This document shows positions 57,901 through 64,000 of a stretch of 64,000 nt of DNA, in pieces. Numbering within the stretch: position 1 is the first letter of the stretch; every line of letters begins with the position of its first letter. A model generated the notes under the pieces. That model searched no databases, was not told where the DNA came from, and saw only the letters and a program-made list of their open reading frames with translations. Source of the DNA: Schmidtea polychroa (taxonomy: Eukaryota); NCBI GenBank assembly GCA_044892525.1, contig CM097887.1, forward strand, positions 27,900,001-27,964,000, written 5' to 3'. A program made the position numbers and the translations under genes.

Positions 57901-58413
57901 TGGGGATCCCATTTCATTGTTTTATTTTTAATCCTGAAATGAATAAATCAATACAAAATTGAATCATGTAAAATATTTGAACCCTGAAGTTTTTTAAAAA
58001 TATATAATTTTTTAATAATATAATAATAAAAATATTTATTTATAATTATTCTCAACATTTTCTTTTTTTTTCAAATTTCACCACTGATTTCTTTTCCATT
58101 TATTTATTAAAATGCTTGAAGACTATTTCAGTATTCCATACAAAAAATAGCTTGACTAAGAATTTTTTTCTTCTCAAAAAAGCTATCAAATTGGAAGCGT
58201 TTCCATTTATCATCGGATTGAATATTCTTCTAAAAATAAAATTTATATAAAAAATCATACAATGAAATAATACATTACAAAATAATAAATTAAAATCATC
58301 AATATATATTTTGTTGATTCTGTTATAAATAATTTAATATCATAAAAAATATTATTACATATTTCTATAATCCAATCAAAATGAGATTATGAAAGTGAAT
58401 TTACTCCCTAATT

Positions 58414-58890
58414 CAGTGTTGTCCAAACTGTGTGCCGTGAAATTTCTTTTAAAAAAAGTCAAAAAAACCCTGTTTTTCCAAACAACTTAATAAAAGGAAA
58501 TTGAATTGTGGATATTTTAACAGTTATTTCAAATTTAAATGTTAATCAGTCAATTAAATCAAAGAAGCGGGAACGTATGGTTAACATTGATCAAGAATTA
58601 AGAGTTTGTTTGTCAAAAATTCCACCACGAATGGAACTTATTTGTTCGGAACATCAAGCACATAAATCTCATTAACTATGTTTTATGAATTTTTCATTCA
58701 CTAGTTTTTCTAAATTTAAAATTTTTTACATTAAATTTATTTCAAGTAAATAAGTTTTTCATTTCTTATTAAAAGATTAGTAAAAGTGCAATAAAAAATT
58801 GCAAATAAAGCAAAAAAAAATTTAGGTGTACGACGAAAATTTTTAATTCAGCCAAGTGTGCCGTGGCTCAAAAAAGTTTGGTCTACACTG
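58414..58890 (+). mobile_element. Non-autonomous hAT Buster/Charlie element, 477 bp, retaining the transposase C-terminus
   Basis: TIRs CAGTGTTGTCCAAACT / AGTTTGGTCTACACTG; perfect TSD CCCTAATT; IKSKKRERMVNIDQELRVCLSKIPPRMELICSEHQAHKSH*. Confidence 0.9.
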
Positions 58891-59235
58891 CCCTAATTAA
58901 TCATATTGGATGAGAGACCATTGGAACAAAAACCGAATAATTTATAAATAAAGGTATGCAACCCGATATGTTCATTAGATCAGGGTTCTTAATCTTATAT
59001 ACTTCATATCTAATCTAAAAGTTAATTTATTGCTATCATCTCACACCTATACTCAAAAAAAAAGAACGAATATAAAATAAATATCAACATTCTAAGAGAA
59101 AGACTAATCTAAAATTCATTTACTGAAACCCGGAATCAAACCATAAAATAGGGATTTTTGTAGGCTTACGGATATAGAATTACAATGGAATATTTCATTG
59201 TAAAACTTAAAACGGGCGAAATTATTTGTTTTCAT

Positions 59236-61400
59236 TGTTGGGCCAGGCTTCGAGAGTGCTGGAAATCAGGTTAAGGACGAATAAAAAGTATAAAATAAAT
59301 TTCACTAAAAACGCGGAAAATATAAGAATAACTAAAGTAGATAACACTAAAAGAAATAAGAATACAAAGAGAATAAAAATAATTAATAAAATAATAAAAT
59401 GTATAAGACGAAAGACAAAACGAAAAAAGAAGATTATCCAACCCCTATGATAGCAGAAAGGAACAAAATAATAAATTTAAGGAAAATAAACAAGATATTA
59501 AGAGATAAAATAGAAATAAAACCATTTTTAAATAAATGTATAGGCCAATTAAAACAAAAAATTATATTATAACCAAATAACAATAAATACGCCGGAAAAA
59601 CAGGAGAAAAAGAATAAAAAATAGGAAAATAAATAAATAATAATAAAAAGAAGGAAAAAGTCGTTAAAATCTAACACATTACATTATAAAACATAAAAAT
59701 AATAATAAATAATAATATTACACACAAGGCACGTCCTGATTGGACGAGAAATAGTATATAAGGAGCGCGAAAAATTAATAGAGTAACACTTTTAACAAAA
59801 CTATTACAGGTAAAGTCGACAAACTTTTAAACACTTTTAACAAAACTATTACAGGGACGACATCCATTCAATTTACGAACAGAAACCACTTTTACGAATA
59901 TTCCACAGCATCATTCACAGACTATTTTAACGCGAACGACATTCAGGAAGCACTTCATTTACAACGATCAAGTTTAGTTAGGGAATCAAAGATACACCGA
60001 ACGGGACTAATATTTGAAGACCTTAGAACAACATTTTGATTTATCAGCACTCTCGGAGCAAGTTTTTGATGACTACACCGTCGAACAATGTTAAGGAACT
60101 TCGCCCGTGTTTCTCTTGCGCTGACAAGAACGCAGATATTGCTCAGCTGCACTTGTATATCGGGGCTCTTAAAAAGAGAATAGATCTCTATGAAGGCACG
60201 TGGTTCTCCCCGCCACAAATGAAGGAGGAGCGTAGCAAGATCCTGCGGCTGGAACATTGTCGCGATAGCCTCCTGGAGGAGAGTCGCAATCAATGATTGA
60301 CAATAAAAGCCCAGTCTGAAGCCCTCCACAAGGTCTGCACGGAGGCGGAGCTAGCAAAACGGGTACGGGAATTCCCCGTTCTGGATAACACAAATGTCTT
60401 CCCTCTACACCACTTATCGTCTGCAGTCTCTACTTCCAGCTGTCAAGGGCACGGTACACATCTACCACCCGTTCCCGCTCCAGTCTTGTCGGGCTATCAG
60501 CCGATGGCAGGCGGTTCGCCTGATCCTATTTTGGCTCCAATTCTTGTAGCCCCGGGTAATGCCCTGGTAGTAGAAGACAGTCAACCCTCCAGGAAGAGAA
60601 AACGACCAACTCGAGCGGCCAAGGATCAAAAGCGAAGAGAAGCAATAGCCGCCTTAGAAGCATCCTTGTCGGCTGCGAATTCGACAATTCGGGAAATCTC
60701 CTCCACGCATTCCGTTCCCTCCAAAGAAGTTTTTCGGTGGTGCCAGCCGAAGGCATTAAATTCGTTTCGGACCACCGACTACCGGTGGACATCAACGAAA
60801 TGCTAGCAGAAGGAGACGGTTTCGCGTAATGTAACCTGAATCGGCCCGATTCCCGTTATTGAACTAAAAACTATTTGAGCTTCTGGACTGCTGATTGAAT
60901 ATTAGTACATTCGTGCGTGATTTAAGTTCTGATAATGTATAATTATAGTATGTCGTTTTGTGTTAGTTTTTAATACATTTTTCTGGGTTTTCGAATGTTA
61001 AAGTTGCGTTAAGTATGACTGGGTAATTGAACAAGGTAGATATGAGACTGAGTATAGCTCAGAATCACTGACGGTCGTTCCTTTGGACCAGGATCGGACT
61101 AGGTTAGATATGTGAATGTGGGTAAGTCCTTCTAAGGCACCGAGGAACCCGAACCGCGAGGGGATTAATAGTAGTCCTAAGGCAGGGGCTCACCTATTGA
61201 TCAACTCCGACCCGTGTGGGCAGTACCAACGTGAAAATATCGTCACGGGTTCATACGTGGGAATATCTGCATGATCATCTGGAGTATGTAAGGGAGCGTC
61301 AGAGTAGAATGGTGAGGCTTCGTAGGTATTTTTTTCTTTTCCCCACATACGCCAACATCATCATGATAAACAAGAGCCAACAAAAAAACTGCGGATTCAG
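59236..61400 (+). mobile_element. TGTTGGGC-family element (copy 3); right boundary approximate
   Basis: TGTTGGGCC terminus, A-rich tract, ATTGG at 59739, TATATAAG at 59755, donor CAG/GTAAAG at 59810, TWF-motif ORF, shared non-coding motif at 61128. Confidence 0.5.
60036..60806 (+). pseudogene. Accessory ORF (YEGTWFSPPQMK motif, Pro-rich linker, basic NLS-like and coiled-coil tail) interrupted by one in-frame TGA
   Basis: ORFs 60036-60296 and 60297-60806 are in the same frame with TGA at 60294-96; the motif is homologous to 19657-19692. Confidence 0.6.
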
Positions 61401-61730
61401 AAATCAAAGTTCTTGATTAGTTTGCATTCTCTCCCGTCATCAATATAATGGAAGATATTTGCAAGATTATATAAGATACAATAATAAATAGTTAAAGTAA
61501 AAACATTCCTTACGAGAATGAATGAAAACCACCATTTTGAAATTCAATAGAAAAAGCTTAATTGTGCAAAATTTGTACATGACAGAAAATAACATTTTTG
61601 AAAACAAAAGTCAAAGAGAAACTTTTGATGTTTGATAAGTAGGTAGATATGGGCTTACGGAAGCAATTTGGTACCCCACTATTACTATATAATTAATCAA
61701 AATTTAATAAATATTTTCATTAATTATTTC

Positions 61731-61942
61731 NNNNNNNNNNNNNNNNNNNNNNNNNNNNNNNNNNNNNNNNNNNNNNNNNNNNNNNNNNNNNNNNNNNNNN
61801 NNNNNNNNNNNNNNNNNNNNNNNNNNNNNNNNNNNNNNNNNNNNNNNNNNNNNNNNNNNNNNNNNNNNNNNNNNNNNNNNNNNNNNNNNNNNNNNNNNNN
61901 NNNNNNNNNNNNNNNNNNNNNNNNNNNNNNNNNNNNNNNNNN
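61731..61942. other. Assembly gap (212 N)
   Basis: Run of N. Confidence 1.
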
Positions 61943-62114
61943 GACATCATAAAACCTAAATAATCTGGTAACAAGTATCAAATAACTATTTGTAAAATAA
62001 AATAAACAAATTCATCAAATAAAAACCTTATAAAAACATTTTAAAGAACAGTGCACATTTTATATGTGATAGAAATAGTAATGAAAACAAATAATAATAA
62101 AATAAATAATTATA

Positions 62115-62729
62115 TTATAAATTGGTAGAATTCATCATTGAGAGGTCATACCAGAAATCTGAATGAAAACTGTCAGTTGTTATTGTTTCTCCGTAAAATC
62201 CCTCCCGCTTACAACTGTGTTCTGCTGCAAATCCGTGCTTGCTATTCTCAAATAATACGTAGCAACATTGGGAAAATATAATTATATCTTCAATTGGCCC
62301 GTATTTGCTAACATGATTGTGAACCATTTCTTTTGTGACTTTGTTTTGGTTTTCTACAAACGGACCCATCCATAATAAATATCTGTCTATTTCACACATA
62401 TTTGCAATCTCTTCTCGATCATCAAGGTCTTCGATGGTCAAAACTGCATCGAGTACAGTTTGAAATGTTAACGTTTCCTCCTCATTTGATAATTCAATTG
62501 TCAGGATATTTTCTTGGATATTTTCGTTTTCTTCACAACAGAATCTATTTGAAAATATTTTAATTTTCTTCATATTGGTTTTATCAAGCGGGCATTTCAT
62601 TTGGGTTCTCAGAGATTCGAGGCCACAAAGTATACAGCAGATGTGATTGCAGTTTCCCATAGATAATAGCAATTTGTTGTCCATTTGAAAACATAATAAG
62701 CATTCATCATTACAATTATTCAATGTCAT
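62115..62729 (-). CDS. Small intronless RING-finger + RRM protein (about 204 aa from ATG 62729)
   Basis: C-x2-C...CNHICCILC...CPLD RING pattern; RRM-like LWMGPF...VTKEMVHNHVSKYGPIEDIII...CYVLFE. Confidence 0.75.
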   Translation of the reverse strand: MTLNNCNDECLLCFQMDNKLLLSMGNCNHICCILCGLESLRTQMKCPLDKTNMKKIKIFSNRFCCEENENIQENILTIELSNEEETLTFQTVLDAVLTIEDLDDREEIANMCEIDRYLLWMGPFVENQNKVTKEMVHNHVSKYGPIEDIIIFSQCCYVLFENSKHGFAAEHSCKREGFYGETITTDSFHSDFWYDLSMMNSTNL

Positions 62730-63059
62730 TTTCAAGATTTTAATATTTAATAAAATTGATTTGTAAATTGAAAATTATTAAAATAAATAAAAATTATCTC
62801 AAATTTGATTGGTTTAGAAATAAATATTAAATAAATAAATACAAAGAAATGAGTTTTAAATGTTATTGGTTAATTAAGGTAATATTATCACAAAACAAAT
62901 ATAATTACATGTATATTTTATATTTTATTACTGAAAGGGTAAAATCCACGTTTAAGTTAAAACGGAACATTGCTAATAAACATTTAAATTGTATTTATCA
63001 GTTTACAAAAATGTTTATATAAATATTTAAATTAATAAATTAAACTGCTGGAACGAGTA

Positions 63060-64000
63060 TTGCAGAAAATCGCAGAAACTAAACTAAGAATTAATCCAGG
63101 AAAATGTCAAATACTGAAAAGCGAAGTGAAATTCTTAGGCCATATTATAAATAGAGACGGCATCCAAATGGACCAGAGCAAAATTGAAGCTATTCAATCA
63201 TTTCAAAGGCCGAAATGTGTTAAAAATTTAAGGAGTTTCTTGGGTATTTGCAACTATTATTGTAAATTTATTGAAGAATAAACAAAGAAGGCAAGAGCTT
63301 TAGAAAGTATATGTGGAATGAAAATTGTTAGCAGGCTTTTGAGAATATGAAGTTGGCATTAATAACCGCACTGATTTTGGTATTTCCGGATTTTAAGAAA
63401 GAATTCATACTGGATACAGACTCAAGTTTCGATACAATCGGTTCAGTCTTATCACAGAAGTATGACATGGGATATGAGCAAGTTATGGCTCACATGCGAT
63501 GAATGACCACGAAAGAGAAAAGAACCATGAGCAAGAAAAGAACTCCTGGCTATATATTATTTTTGTCGGCATTTCAATCACTATTTATATGGAAAAAGAT
63601 TTACACTACGTACTGATCATAAAGCAATAACATTTATGCTAACCACGAAAAAGCCAATTACAGCTCAATTCCAGATCTGGACAAACTATTTAAGTAGTCT
63701 TGATATAAAAATGGAATTTAGAAAGGGTACACTACATACTAACGCAGACATGTTATCGAGGAAAACGTGTGGCACATGTGTACAATGCCTTATGGAGAAC
63801 GATAAACCATAAAATGGGAAGAATGAAAACCAGATTGTTAAATATAATGACAGAAGACAAAGGAGAGGAATGGCAAATGAATAGTGATGAAATAGATGAG
63901 ATTAAAAATAAAATAAGAACGCAAACGAGTGGAAGGTTTATAATAGAGTATAACATTATTTATACCAAAGATAAAAGAATATGGATACCAGAGAGCAAAA
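63060..64000 (+). pseudogene. Degenerate Gypsy pol fragment (RT C-terminus, RNase H), running off the window end
   Basis: KCQILKSEVKFLGHII...LRSFLGICNYY; FILDTDSSFDTIGSVLSQ; TLRTDHKAI; HTNADMLSR. Confidence 0.85.

Noticed and set aside
61668-61981. ORFs spanning the N run
   Set aside because: Artefacts of the assembly gap.

Overview
AT-rich eukaryotic genomic DNA, most likely from an animal: host introns are 41-79 nt and a primer-binding site matches animal-type tRNA-Trp. Most of the window is transposon-derived. Host genes: the 5' half of Bax inhibitor-1, FCF1/UTP24, a PA28/PSME3-like proteasome activator, Lunapark, an orphan 206-aa ORF and a small RING+RRM ORF. The centrepiece is a complete 15,236-bp Ty3/Gypsy LTR element (28371-43606) with 1,089-bp LTRs in which I found no difference by eye, a CTTA target-site duplication, a tRNA-Trp PBS and a PPT. 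Its gene order is unusual: Gag (4 CCHC knuckles, two ubiquitin-like domains) - [Bcl-2-like domain + signal peptide + chuvirus/gB-like fusion glycoprotein + TM] - protease - RT/RNaseH/integrase fused to a second signal-peptide/FN3-like/TM module - a spliced-looking 3' block with a degenerate DEDDh-exonuclease-like domain. A second, unexplained family has three or four copies. Each starts TGTTGGGC, and the three longer ones carry an inward TATA promoter, splice sites and a shared ~70-nt non-coding motif; two encode related coiled-coil ORFs sharing a TWFxPxxMK motif. The rest is hAT elements and MITEs, Tigger and Gypsy debris, solo-LTR-like repeats, a 1.4-kb AT-only minisatellite and a 212-nt N gap. 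All domain calls come from motif recognition by eye; no searches were run.
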